61,603 nucleotides of DNA from a virus (taxonomy: Duplodnaviria > Caudoviricetes), in IMG/VR virus record IMGVR_UViG_3300034101_004648, positions 1-61,603 of that record. The stretch is one strand, 5' to 3'. The notes under the pieces are model-generated. The model was not told where the DNA came from. It was given only the letters and a program-made list of their open reading frames with translations, and ran no database searches. The position numbers and the translations under genes were made by a program. Of this stretch, positions 8,568 through 17,957 are shown piece by piece. Positions within the stretch are counted from its first letter, which is position 1. The number at the start of each line of letters is the position of its first letter.

Positions 8568-9869
8568 TCAGACCAGCTCCCGTTGAATGGAATCTTCGCC
8601 GGGCTCCTCCTGTTCCGATTCAGCCGGGGCCGGATCGGGCTCAGGAGCGGCAGCGGCGGCAGCCCTGGGGGCCGGCTTGGCGACGCGCTGGGGCGCTGCT
8701 GCCGACTGCTGCTGTGGCGCATCTTCGGTCGCCTCAGGGACTCGGGGTGTCAGCTCGGCAATCTGCTCAGCGGACAACACTGGCTCCCCGTCCGCGTGGC
8801 CGCAGCCGCGGTTCCAACGCTCCCGACTGCCCGCGTTGGCGAGACTCTGCATCAGGGCGGTGTGTTGCTCGGCGGGGATCTCCGCCAATGCCTCAACCCC
8901 AAAGGCGTTGCAGGCGTCCGCTTGGAACGCAGCCCGGCCGACCGGGCTCAGCTGCCGCTCCAGTGCGGTCAGGAGCTGCTGCTGCTGCTGCTTGGTCAGG
9001 GTCGCGACAGGGGCGGCAGCGGCGGAGGAGGAGGGGCTGAGCACTACCGGGACGGCGCTGGCCTGGGGAGCGAAGGGGAGCCCTGCAACTTCAAACCAGT
9101 CTTCAGGCTTGCTCATTCCATCGCGAAGACTGCAATAAACCTTGCGCAGATCAACAACTTGTGCCGGCTGAATTGCGTCAATGCGTCGTTGAATACGCTT
9201 CTCAATTTGATTTTTGGTTACATTAAACTCTGCAAAGCGCTCAAGCAGCGCTTTTTGAGCATCTGGGCTGGTGTCTGCTGACGCTGCCAATGTCCGTTCG
9301 CATTGCTCAATCGCCGCCTCCTGAACATCGCCAGGAATGATGCCAAGAATGCAAGCACGCAGACGGCGAGACCCTTGGTTGGCAACCAACTCATAGATGT
9401 CGCGTGGGTCGGTGAGCAGAGCAACCCCTTTCCGGGTGTGGCGTTCGTGGGCCACCTGGAAGATTTTCACGTCGCGGACGTTGGTTTCGATGTCCCAGGC
9501 AAAGGCCTCAACAGTTGAAACACCGTCGCCTTGCTCAAGCTCCCTGACGCCGAATTGGATGTTCCCCCAGTATTGAGCGAGGGTTTCGGCAAGCCGAATT
9601 GACGGCCCCGTAACATCTTGGCCGCCGCGACTGTAGGTATAAAGAGCTTTTTCGGCAAGCGTTGGACGCATGCAAGCGTTTAGGATTTGGTCATTGGCCC
9701 GCATGTGATCGCGAGGAAATTGGCGAGCGATGATCATCGCAGCCTGAACTTCGGCAATTTCACGGGAAGCCTGAACGGCGGCAAGCGCTCCGCCGTGGCT
9801 TGCCCCAGGCTGTTGATGTGCGGCTGCAACTGGCTGATTGCCGTTGCGTCTCACCATAGAACTGTTCAT
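8568..9869 (-). CDS. putative ssDNA-annealing/recombination protein (partner of the RecE-like nuclease)
   Basis: EVQAAMIIARQFPRD...GPSIRLAE...WGNI core seen in phage recombination modules; low-complexity C-terminus; function inferred from context. Confidence 0.5.
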   Translation of the reverse strand: MNSSMVRRNGNQPVAAAHQQPGASHGGALAAVQASREIAEVQAAMIIARQFPRDHMRANDQILNACMRPTLAEKALYTYSRGGQDVTGPSIRLAETLAQYWGNIQFGVRELEQGDGVSTVEAFAWDIETNVRDVKIFQVAHERHTRKGVALLTDPRDIYELVANQGSRRLRACILGIIPGDVQEAAIEQCERTLAASADTSPDAQKALLERFAEFNVTKNQIEKRIQRRIDAIQPAQVVDLRKVYCSLRDGMSKPEDWFEVAGLPFAPQASAVPVVLSPSSSAAAAPVATLTKQQQQQLLTALERQLSPVGRAAFQADACNAFGVEALAEIPAEQHTALMQSLANAGSRERWNRGCGHADGEPVLSAEQIAELTPRVPEATEDAPQQQSAAAPQRVAKPAPRAAAAAAPEPDPAPAESEQEEPGEDSIQRELV

Positions 9870-10088
9870 CAGTTGCTTTCGCTGGTTGGAACCCTTGCGG
9901 GCTCCGCCACCCTATCCAGACTCGGGCCGGAATGGGGTAGCGTACGAAACATCTCGCAACATTGCAACCGGCTATCCTGATATGGGCTGGCTTAGCTGAG
10001 GCGCATCCAATCTGCTGCAGATTAACTGCCTCTACTTCATGTGTTCTTTGCTTAATCTGCTGCAGATTCGCTGATCTCGTTCAACGTG

Positions 10089-10105
10089 CCCCCCCCCCCC
10101 CCCCC
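10089..10105. repeat. 17-nt poly-C homopolymer
   Basis: Directly visible; 17 nt separate it from the ATG at 10123. Confidence 0.9.
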
Positions 10106-10122
10106 GCAGTCGTGGTGACCCA

Positions 10123-10335
10123 ATGCGAGTCCTGATTGAGTCTGAACAAGAAGCGGCATTGATTGAGCTGCGGCTTCGCGCCGTTCACTACTGCCTAGGG
10201 CCCACGGTTGAGATTGAGGTTTGCTTGCCCGATGGCCGGCGCCTACTTTCGCCACGCGGCGGGCTCTCCCCGGCCGCCCGCTGCGCCTCACTCAACGAGC
10301 GAATGGAGGAGAGGCTGAGCGGGTGTGAGGTGTGA
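10123..10335 (+). CDS. hypothetical protein
   Basis: 70 aa, convergent with the repressor-like gene. Confidence 0.45.
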   Translation: MRVLIESEQEAALIELRLRAVHYCLGPTVEIEVCLPDGRRLLSPRGGLSPAARCASLNERMEERLSGCEV

Positions 10336-11091
10336 TCAGTCCCTCGGGAGCCGGTAAAGGCGCTCCCTCACATCAGCCGGATCAATCGGCCCGTCACCAT
10401 CCAGGGCCCCCAGCATCGCCCCCAGGACTGGAAGCTCCTGATCCAGATCGCCCCCGGAGTAGACCTCAAAGCCCACGACCACAGACCGCAGGCGCTGCCG
10501 GCGCCTCTCCTCGGTCACCCCGTATGCAGCCAGCGCCCGCTCCAGGGCGTCGCCGATCGTCACCTTCCGGTCCCTGGCCCAGGCCTGCACGATGCGGCTG
10601 AGGTTGGCCGAGAGGCGGCGGGCTTCCATATCACTGATCCCACCCTCTTCCAATGACTCCGGCACCAGGCGGCCGATCCAGACTTGGTAGAGCCCTCCTG
10701 CGTCGAGGGGATCGTGACTCCCAGGATGGCGCAAGCAGAACGGTTCCGCGGGTAGTCCCAGGGTGCTGGGGAGCGGACCGAAATCGGGCAGATCGTCTAC
10801 GGCTTGGCAGCTGATCCCAGCGGCCTGAGCAAGCCTCAGATTCACCTGGGCCAAGGCGTCGATCGTCTGGGGGCCCGCTTTTTTGAGTTGCCCGGTGCGC
10901 AGATAGCTGACCTGACTGGTGGAGAGCCATGTCATCCCCCAGGGATTCGCCCACTGGCTCAGCTTCACCATCTGCTCGTGCGTGAGGCCGTTCCGAGCCA
11001 GCAGCATCCGCACCCCTCGGCTAAAAACGGCGATCCCACCCGCCAGGCGGTCTAGGCCATATTCAGAGCTTGCGTAATCGGATCGAGCCAT
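10336..11091 (-). CDS. XRE/Cro-C1-like HTH protein, candidate repressor
   Basis: LLARNGLTHEQMVKL...STSQVSYLRTG...TIDALA. Confidence 0.5.
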   Translation of the reverse strand: MARSDYASSEYGLDRLAGGIAVFSRGVRMLLARNGLTHEQMVKLSQWANPWGMTWLSTSQVSYLRTGQLKKAGPQTIDALAQVNLRLAQAAGISCQAVDDLPDFGPLPSTLGLPAEPFCLRHPGSHDPLDAGGLYQVWIGRLVPESLEEGGISDMEARRLSANLSRIVQAWARDRKVTIGDALERALAAYGVTEERRRQRLRSVVVGFEVYSGGDLDQELPVLGAMLGALDGDGPIDPADVRERLYRLPRD

Positions 11092-11246
11092 TGTCTGTGC
11101 CTGTTCGTTCCTGCATCGTCGCCGAAAGGCTACAGCAAATGCAGATTCCGGCGCAAAATTACAGCAGAAAACCCCCGTCAACCAGCGAAGCCAACCGGGG
11201 GTCTTCTGGGTGGCAAGCCACCGTACCAACTCTACAGGGCGGCCAC

Positions 11247-11272
11247 AAAAAAGGGAGGCACTGTGGCCTCCC
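11247..11272 (-). terminator. intrinsic terminator downstream of cyAbrB
   Basis: GGGAGGC/GCCTCCC stem followed by T6 on the minus strand. Confidence 0.7.
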
Positions 11273-11303
11273 TTGCTTCTGTCTGGACAGGGTTTGACGG
11301 GGC

Positions 11304-11717
11304 TCAGTCGTCGCTATCGCCTGCGCCAATGGGCACCAGGCGAACCTGCTTGCGGCCCAGTTTGATCTCGAACTCGTCGCCGGGTTCCAGGCCGAGCATG
11401 GCGGTGTAGGCCTTGCCGACCATCAGGTTCCCGTTGAACTGCACCTTGGTGGTGAAGCTCAGCTTGCGGCCGGGCTTGCCGGGGCCCGTGGAGTCGCCGC
11501 CGCCAAAGCCCACGCCCTTGGCCTCCAGCAGGGCCTCGTAAAAAGCGGTGAAGTTGAGGCGCTCGGTGCCGTCCTTCTTGGTGCTGACGTAGCCGGTGGA
11601 GCGGACCAGATCGCTCTTTGAGGCATCGCCCAGCTCCTTGACCTTGGCGAGAAGGTCAGCGCCGACCAGGGGGGTAGGCGCTGCGGTTGCAGCGGGGGCG
11701 GGAAGGGTTGCGGTCAT
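11304..11717 (-). CDS. abrB: cyanobacterial AbrB-family transcriptional regulator (cyAbrB)
   Basis: LLAKVKELGDASKSDLVRSTGY...FYEALLEAKG...GRKLSF..KVQFNGNLMVGKAYT..LGLEPGDEFEIKLGRKQVRL. Confidence 0.9.
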   Translation of the reverse strand: MTATLPAPAATAAPTPLVGADLLAKVKELGDASKSDLVRSTGYVSTKKDGTERLNFTAFYEALLEAKGVGFGGGDSTGPGKPGRKLSFTTKVQFNGNLMVGKAYTAMLGLEPGDEFEIKLGRKQVRLVPIGAGDSDD

Positions 11718-12154
11718 TGCTGAATCAGATTGCCTAAGCAATACTAATCTTACTCTGCACTAAAGCAACAGGCAATCACCCTGGCTGCTCGTCGTCTTCG
11801 GCGGGCTCCCCCTCTGCCGCCAAGGCCTCCACGCGCTCTAACTCCTCCAGCAGCGGCACCAAGGGCGCCACCAGGGGCCATAGATCGAGATCAACTTCCA
11901 AGACAAAATCCGCCAGGCGAATTCATGCTGCCCAGCAGGTGACGACGCAGCCGGTTGGCGCAGCGGATCAGCGGCGGAAGAGATGGGCGATCACCAATCA
12001 TCCAGACGGCAGCAGCGAGCCACGGCGGCACGGCGCCCTAGGCCGGTGAGTTCTTGGGCTGAGGCGATGGCGTGAGCTCGGCTGGTGGCCACGAGATCGA
12101 GGGTCACCGGGCCGGCAGGGGTGGGCAGGGTGACGCGATAGGGGAGGGGAGTGG

Positions 12155-12502
12155 TCATGCACCCCCCAACCTGCGCTGGTCTTCGCCGAGTTCGTCCACC
12201 CTGTAGCCGTCTACTCGGTCGTTGACGCCAAACGCTCGCAACAGCGCAGGCACCATCGAAGCGGCGATCTCTTCCGCAAGCTCGCGGCGCATCTCGAACT
12301 TGCGCCGCCTGATCGTCACGGCATCACCATGGCCGCCAAAGGCTCCAGGCGACGCGAGAAGCAGCGACATCGGTTCGTCGCTCAGCTCTACGCTTTCCGA
12401 CAGCTCGCGCATCAAGTCTTCGCTGATTTCCAGCGAGACAGTTTTCGACTCTTGGCCATAGGCGACGTAGCTAACGGTCAGATCAATTCGGGGGTGGCCC
12501 AT
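12155..12502 (-). CDS. hypothetical protein
   Basis: ORF from MGHPRIDL. Confidence 0.55.
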   Translation of the reverse strand: MGHPRIDLTVSYVAYGQESKTVSLEISEDLMRELSESVELSDEPMSLLLASPGAFGGHGDAVTIRRRKFEMRRELAEEIAASMVPALLRAFGVNDRVDGYRVDELGEDQRRLGGA

Positions 12503-12563
12503 GTCAATCGCTGCAGGGTGGGGATGAGTTGCCGGGTGGGCCCCGGCGGGCCGTGGGGGGGGG

Positions 12564-12893
12564 TCAGGTCGCTGCCAAGCGTGCCGCCAGAAACTCGGCG
12601 CAGCTCTGAACAGCAGCAGCGGCCTCAGGCGTGGGCTGGTAGCCGATCTCATAAAGGCGGTCACACAGACTGAAGGCCTCGCTATGCCAGCCCGCGTCAT
12701 GGGCAGCCTTGATCGTGTCGCGGGCAAAGGCGCGGATTTCGTAGAGGGTTGCGGGGCTTGGGGGCACTGGGCGCCAGATATGGAGTTCGATTGGCGGGCG
12801 GCCCGCCCATGGAGCGGTCATCCATTCAGGTCGTGGGCGCTGGTCAAAATCCGCAGCAGTCGCCGGGGTCTTGATGTATTCGGTCGTGGCCAT
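12564..12893 (-). CDS. hypothetical protein
   Basis: ORF from MATTEY. Confidence 0.5.
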   Translation of the reverse strand: MATTEYIKTPATAADFDQRPRPEWMTAPWAGRPPIELHIWRPVPPSPATLYEIRAFARDTIKAAHDAGWHSEAFSLCDRLYEIGYQPTPEAAAAVQSCAEFLAARLAAT

Positions 12894-12955
12894 GGGTTGG
12901 GTTTCGCTGGTTGACGGTGGCAGGATTGGGTGCGGCTCCGGCGGGCCGCATTGGG

Positions 12956-13144
12956 TCAGGCCAGCAACCGCCGAACCTGCGATCGGTTGCGACCCAGCCG
13001 CTCGGCTATGCGCCGCTGACTGAGCCCAGAGCGGTGCCACCGGCGCGCCCGCTCGCGATCGGTTTCAAGGAACCAGGCGACAACCGCCAGGGTAATCAAC
13101 AGGGGCACGGCGACCCAGAACAGGATGAAGGAGATGGAGGCCAT
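12956..13144 (-). CDS. membrane-anchored HTH protein
   Basis: TM helix then GLSQRRIAERLGRNRSQVRRLL. Confidence 0.6.
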   Translation of the reverse strand: MASISFILFWVAVPLLITLAVVAWFLETDRERARRWHRSGLSQRRIAERLGRNRSQVRRLLA

Positions 13145-13414
13145 GGTTTGCAATGCGGTGGGATGAAGTGCTCTGGGGCCTCTCAAGGCCTCGCCGGAGC
13201 GGTGTGCTGCGTGGCTGGCTCTATAGGCCGTCACCACAACAGAACAATAGGGGCAGAATTGGGTAACTGGCAACAGGTGCGGCCACGCTTCCCTGAGATC
13301 GCCCTTCCTGCCCTGATTCTCGGGTATTGCGGCTTGTTAAGCAAGCAATCCAGGGACATGGCGTAGCCCATTCGGGTCTGGACAGGCATAATTGGGGAGA
13401 CCAGCACCGATCCC

Positions 13415-13747
13415 ATGACCGAACTCGATCCCTTTTTTGAAGACCTGGACGACGACCAAGAGGGCGAGGGCCCATCTGAGGCCGTGGCCGAGGTTCTGGC
13501 CCTGGCCGCTGAGCGGCTTGACCTTGCCGGCTTTATTGAACTGGCCCTGTTCTCGGTCGGCACCGTCACTGCCGAGCTGAGCGAACAGCTGGAGGAAGGA
13601 GTCGAAATCAACGCCCAAGAGGTCGCCATTGCGGTCGCCTTGGAGCGACTGCAGATTGCCTCCGAAACCCTGGCCGGCGTTGACTTCGGGGATGGCCCCG
13701 AGGAAGGCGAAGGCGAAGGGGGCGAGGATCTGGCGCTGGCCGCCTGA
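13415..13747 (+). CDS. highly acidic small protein
   Basis: 110 aa with 30 Asp/Glu, 2 Arg, 0 Lys; has its own terminator. Confidence 0.7.
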   Translation: MTELDPFFEDLDDDQEGEGPSEAVAEVLALAAERLDLAGFIELALFSVGTVTAELSEQLEEGVEINAQEVAIAVALERLQIASETLAGVDFGDGPEEGEGEGGEDLALAA

Positions 13748-13775
13748 TCACCTGTCTGAACGGCAGGTACGCCGC

Positions 13776-13799
13776 AGGGGCCCCAGTGGGGCCCTTTTT
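13776..13799 (+). terminator. intrinsic terminator
   Basis: GGGCCCC-AGT-GGGGCCC then TTTTT. Confidence 0.7.
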
Positions 13800-13875
13800 G
13801 CTGTCAGATTGGCGCCTTTGGCTGCGGCGGATCTGCAACGACTGGCCTCTGGGCCGATTCTGTGCGGAGGGCCAT

Positions 13876-14457
13876 TCACCCTCCCCCCAACGGAATCACC
13901 GTGATCAGCGCCCCCGGCTGTTCGTTGCCGACGCACCAGCGCTTGTCACAACTTCCGCCGACGATTCTGGCGTCATCTTCATAGGCCAAGCGGCTCAGTG
14001 CGTCTTCGGTAGATCGCTGGAGTTTGCTGTAGTCCGGTTTGACGCAGTGAAACAGCGGGGCTTCGCGGCTGGTGGCACTGACCAGGGATGGATTTAAGGG
14101 CTTCAGGGTGCCGTCCCTGCGGTAGTGGTTTGCGGGTCGCTGAAACAGGAACACCGCCGACATGCGCACCGGCCCCTGCATCAGGGGCACCTTCGCCGCA
14201 ATGGCTTCAAGAGCCACCAGCTCACGCCAGGGCTTCACGTTGCGACAGGACTCCCGCATCCCCCCGTTCGGGAGCCAGTCCTTCGAGCCTTGCGGCGCCG
14301 GCGCCATCCCTTCCACCCGAAAGGTGACGCTCTGCGGCCCTGTAAGGCCGTCCCGCCCTGCTCCCGCGCCCTCCCCACCAGAAAGCCCCTGAAGGCCCGC
14401 CGTGGCCAATTCCCTCCGGCGCTGGTGGTGATCCCGACAGGCATTGGCGGCGGTCAT
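13876..14457 (-). CDS. rusA: RusA-family Holliday junction resolvase
   Basis: PAPQGSK...VKPWR...FLFQRP...KPDYSKLQRSTEDAL...YEDDARIV. Confidence 0.85.
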   Translation of the reverse strand: MTAANACRDHHQRRRELATAGLQGLSGGEGAGAGRDGLTGPQSVTFRVEGMAPAPQGSKDWLPNGGMRESCRNVKPWRELVALEAIAAKVPLMQGPVRMSAVFLFQRPANHYRRDGTLKPLNPSLVSATSREAPLFHCVKPDYSKLQRSTEDALSRLAYEDDARIVGGSCDKRWCVGNEQPGALITVIPLGGG

Positions 14458-15113
14458 GCTGCACCTCCCTGCAGGGAGTAGCGCCGCAGGGTGCGCTCCA
14501 TGTCCACGGCATCAACCCAGGCGCCGAGGGCCTCGTCCGCCGGCCTGGCCTCCAGTTTCACCGCACCATCGGCAGCGGCCCACACCACCACCGCCTTGGC
14601 TAGCGGGATTCCCGAGTCCGCCATGGCTGCCACCGCGGCGCCCAGCTCCGCCCATGGCGCCAGCGGGTGAATCCGATCGTCCGGGCCACTCCAGATCGCC
14701 AGCAGCCCCAAGCCGCCGTCATCGAACCGCACCGCCAGGTCCACGGTGGTGGCCGCCTGCTGCCTGAGCACCGCCACGTGCAGCAGGGAGCCCACCACCT
14801 CGATCCGCTGCCAGAAGGCGTGGCTCACCAGGGCCTCCACAGCCGGGCGGGCCGGATTGAAGCTCGTGGAGGTTGGCACCCATGCCGTTCCGGTAGCAGC
14901 AGGGCCCCACAAGCTCCGGGCGCGGCTGGCTATCGCCGCCCGGCACAAGCGGCAGCGCTCTGGAGCCCCAGGCTGCGAGGGGAAGGCCGCTGCCACGATC
15001 CCGCGGGCAGGCATCAGCACCTGCATTCCCCGGTCAGGGTGCCAGTACAGGCCATCGGCAGGCTCGGGCACTGCGTCGCCAACCAGCCAGCCGTCTTGCG
15101 TGGTCACCGCCAT
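14454..15113 (-). CDS. hypothetical protein
   Basis: Coupled ORF in the replication operon. Confidence 0.55.
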   Translation of the reverse strand: MAVTTQDGWLVGDAVPEPADGLYWHPDRGMQVLMPARGIVAAAFPSQPGAPERCRLCRAAIASRARSLWGPAATGTAWVPTSTSFNPARPAVEALVSHAFWQRIEVVGSLLHVAVLRQQAATTVDLAVRFDDGGLGLLAIWSGPDDRIHPLAPWAELGAAVAAMADSGIPLAKAVVVWAAADGAVKLEARPADEALGAWVDAVDMERTLRRYSLQGGAA

Positions 15114-15835
15114 GGGTTCACCCCCTGGCCAGCCCGAAGGCTGCCGAAAACCGCGCCTGTGGGCACCACGTCAACCGCTGGCGTGGCTTGCAGTAAGCCC
15201 GCCTTGGCCTGCCCCAGCATCTCGGCAGCTTGCTTGGGGTTGCGCAAAATCCAGGCGCTGGCTGGGGTATCGGCGTTCAGCGGCCAGAATCCTTGCAGCG
15301 CTTTGCCAAACGAAAAGAAGCCCCATGCTATCTCCCGCGGCTCCCAGGCGCGGCCATCCATGCCCCCGGCCCAGATGCGCTGCATCTCTTCGGCGACCCG
15401 CTCAACGCGGGCCTGGAACTCCTCGGGACTCAGTTGGCTGGGGTGCCACGGTCGGCCACCACCGGGGAGCCTCAGCCGCTCTGGAGGCGGGGTCTGCTCG
15501 TGCCGCACCGGGACTGGATCGTGGAAGTGGTCGGGGGCCGCCATGCGCTCGGCCAGATCTGACCGCAACCGCCGCTCAGTCGCTGGCCGGTCGTTCTCCA
15601 GCGGGTAGGCGTACCGCAGCAGGGCCAGGTGAGGCGCCAGCTCCTTCGGCGGCGCTGGATCCATCAGCCGCTGACCCACGCAGAACCGCAACACCTCCCC
15701 GGTGAGATCCCGCTTCGCGCTGGCCGGGAACGTGTCCCAAGCCAGCACCAAGGCCGCCGGGGTCAGAGGTCTCTGCATCGGCAGGAGCTGCAGCAGGCTC
15801 GTGATGGCCGCCTGAAATTCTTCGAGGGTGATCAC
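15104..15835 (-). CDS. hypothetical protein, possible helicase loader/initiator partner
   Basis: Directly downstream of the initiator; function inferred from position only. Confidence 0.5.
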   Translation of the reverse strand: MITLEEFQAAITSLLQLLPMQRPLTPAALVLAWDTFPASAKRDLTGEVLRFCVGQRLMDPAPPKELAPHLALLRYAYPLENDRPATERRLRSDLAERMAAPDHFHDPVPVRHEQTPPPERLRLPGGGRPWHPSQLSPEEFQARVERVAEEMQRIWAGGMDGRAWEPREIAWGFFSFGKALQGFWPLNADTPASAWILRNPKQAAEMLGQAKAGLLQATPAVDVVPTGAVFGSLRAGQGVNPWR

Positions 15836-16995
15836 GCCAGCGCCTCCACGAGCACTGCTTGCCGCGTGGTTGCCGCTGCCGCTGCGGCAGCCTTCGCATC
15901 TCGATTGCGGATGAACGCGATGGCCTCCGCCGCCGATTGCTCAGGCGTCAGGCGGCCCCTGAAGCCGCTGCCCATAACCGGCGTGCCGGCCTTGGTGCCG
16001 TATTGCTGCCAGCGGTTGAAGTTCAGCCCCAGCCACCCAGGGCCGGAGACCCTCGCCGCGGCGCCCTCCTGCAGCTGCTCCCGCAGGATCTCGGTGCCGC
16101 CCTGCTGATGATCCTGGATTTTCTGGGCCTCGGTGAGCATTCCCTCCCAGGCCCGCTGCGTCCGCTTGGCCTTCGGGTTTCGCGCCGGCCAGAACGCGAG
16201 CAGTTCGCGAACCACCGGCAGCAGCGCCGCCGGAACATCCTCGTAGGCCGGCCTAAACCCAGCCTCGCGCTTCTGAGCCTGCGGCTTGACCGGGACGATC
16301 GCCTCAGGGTCTGGCGACGGCTTCGGCGGTTGTTCGGGGCGGGGCCGCTGCTGCGGCTGTGGCTGCACGGCTGCCGGTGCCTCGGGGGGTGGTTCCGGGG
16401 CGACCTGGGGTTGCGGCTCGGGGATCGAGATCAGGAATCCATCCCGATCACGACACGGGCCAGCGACGACGGCCTCGGGCCGGCGCTCCCCCTGCGCAGC
16501 GGGGGGTAAGGGGGGTTCTAAAGCCTTCTTAGATTTAATCTTCTTAGATTTATCTTCTTCCTGTCCGTCTCCCGGACACTCACTGTCCGTCTCCCGGACA
16601 CTCACTGTCCGTCTCCCGGACACCTTCAACTGTCCGCCTCCCGGACACTCCGTACTGTCCGCCTCCCGGACACTCCAGGCGGGCTGCTCGGCCTCAACCT
16701 GCCAATGCGTGTCCCAGATCGTCAGCCGATAGCGGGTTGAAGTGCTCCGCCCGTTTTCCAGGAATGCCCGCTGGCGCCTGACCCAGCCCTTACGCTCAAG
16801 GCCTATGAGGACTGAGCAGAGCGTGCTCTTGGCCATCCCGGCCTCCTCGTGCAGCAGCTCAAGGCCTGGGTGAATGTTCGGGAAGTGGCTTTGCAGACAC
16901 CACATGACCGCCAGCTCCAATGGGGAGGTCTTGCCCCTCAGCCAATTCGGCAGAGCCGTAAATGGGGGCATCTGCCCCGCGTACTCGTTTGTCAT
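15832..16995 (-). CDS. replication initiator (N-terminal winged HTH, lambda O-like organisation)
   Basis: HPGLELLHEEAGMAKSTLCSVLIGLERKGWV..STRYRL; internal iterons. Confidence 0.75.
   Translation of the reverse strand: MTNEYAGQMPPFTALPNWLRGKTSPLELAVMWCLQSHFPNIHPGLELLHEEAGMAKSTLCSVLIGLERKGWVRRQRAFLENGRSTSTRYRLTIWDTHWQVEAEQPAWSVREADSTECPGGGQLKVSGRRTVSVRETDSECPGDGQEEDKSKKIKSKKALEPPLPPAAQGERRPEAVVAGPCRDRDGFLISIPEPQPQVAPEPPPEAPAAVQPQPQQRPRPEQPPKPSPDPEAIVPVKPQAQKREAGFRPAYEDVPAALLPVVRELLAFWPARNPKAKRTQRAWEGMLTEAQKIQDHQQGGTEILREQLQEGAAARVSGPGWLGLNFNRWQQYGTKAGTPVMGSGFRGRLTPEQSAAEAIAFIRNRDAKAAAAAAATTRQAVLVEALA
16561..16675. repeat. five iterons CTGTCCG(T/C)CTCCCGGACAC, putative replication origin
   Basis: Units start at 16561, 16583, 16605, 16630, 16655; adjacent AT-rich tract 16517-16560 with CTTCTTAGATTTA twice. 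Confidence 0.85.
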
Positions 16996-17072
16996 GTAGA
17001 ATTCAGAGGTAGGAGATAACTGATCCCCTCCCCTTTCTGCCGGTCAAGCTTCGGGGGAGGCGATCACGGAGG

Positions 17073-17096
17073 ACCCGGCCGCAAGGTCGGGTTTTC
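17073..17096 (+). terminator. hairpin with GCAA tetraloop and short U tract
   Basis: ACCCGGCC-GCAA-GGTCGGGT-TTTC in the divergent intergenic region. Confidence 0.45.
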
Positions 17097-17246
17097 TGCT
17101 GCTGGGCCTCCGGTACGGGCCACCCTACCGCCTCCGGCCCTTGTCTGGATCGGGGTGGCGCGATGGGGCTGCCTTGCCTGTTGCCCCTGGCCTTGCCTGC
17201 ACCTTGCCTTGTGGCACCTAGAATCCCGATCTGAACAGAGGTTCCC

Positions 17247-17957
17247 TTGGTGGCGATCTGGGATCAAAACCAAGGCGCCAATGGCGGCAGCGAGAGCGCC
17301 GAGGCCTACGACCGATTCGTGCAATACCTGGAAATGGGGGCCGGTCGAAGCCTGACTGCCCTGGCCAAGGTCCTAGGGGTTTCACGGCAAACGATCAACC
17401 AGATGGCCGCCAGATACGACTGGAAAGCCCGAGCCAGTGCATGGGATCAATCCCGAGGCGTCACCAAACGGGCGCCGGCTCAAAAGGGGCCAAGCAAAGC
17501 ACCGCCATCCCCTGCAGCCCCGCCACCGCCACCGCCGCCACCCCCTCCGCCTCCTCCGGCCAGCACCGCCCAGTCCGTGGACCCCGAAGTGCTCGGCCTG
17601 GGGCTCAGCAACGACCTGGCCGAAACCCACATGCAAGCCCTGTCTCGCTACCGGCAGGTCTACGACGCGATCGGCTACGGCATGGCGATGCAGGCCTACA
17701 GCTTGTTCCCCCTGGTGCAGTCCCTCCAGAGCGAGCTGGGCGCGTCCATTGAGCTTCGAGGGCGCCTGCGGGCCCAGATGCAGATCCCCGAGGCCACGAT
17801 GGTGGCCGCCACGATCAAGGACTTGATCCCCCAGTACGCGAAGCTCTGCGAGGCCATGCACTCCCTCGCCAACGGCGGCCGGACCCACTGGGGCGATGCG
17901 ATCGGGGTCCACAAGATCCTGGAAGAAGCCTTCAACCTCAAGAAGGGCCAGCCGTGA
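17247..17957 (+). CDS. terminase small subunit-like HTH protein
   Basis: ESAEAYDRF..YLEMGAGRSLTALAK...W..RASAWD; start codon uncertain. Confidence 0.5.
   Translation: MVAIWDQNQGANGGSESAEAYDRFVQYLEMGAGRSLTALAKVLGVSRQTINQMAARYDWKARASAWDQSRGVTKRAPAQKGPSKAPPSPAAPPPPPPPPPPPPPASTAQSVDPEVLGLGLSNDLAETHMQALSRYRQVYDAIGYGMAMQAYSLFPLVQSLQSELGASIELRGRLRAQMQIPEATMVAATIKDLIPQYAKLCEAMHSLANGGRTHWGDAIGVHKILEEAFNLKKGQP

Noticed and set aside
16561-16675. Short regular repeats as a CRISPR array
   Set aside because: Spacers are only a few nt, the repeats are inside a CDS, and there are no cas genes; iterons fit better
17505-17560. CCG-rich run as a DNA repeat element
   Set aside because: Encodes a poly-proline linker within the TerS-like protein
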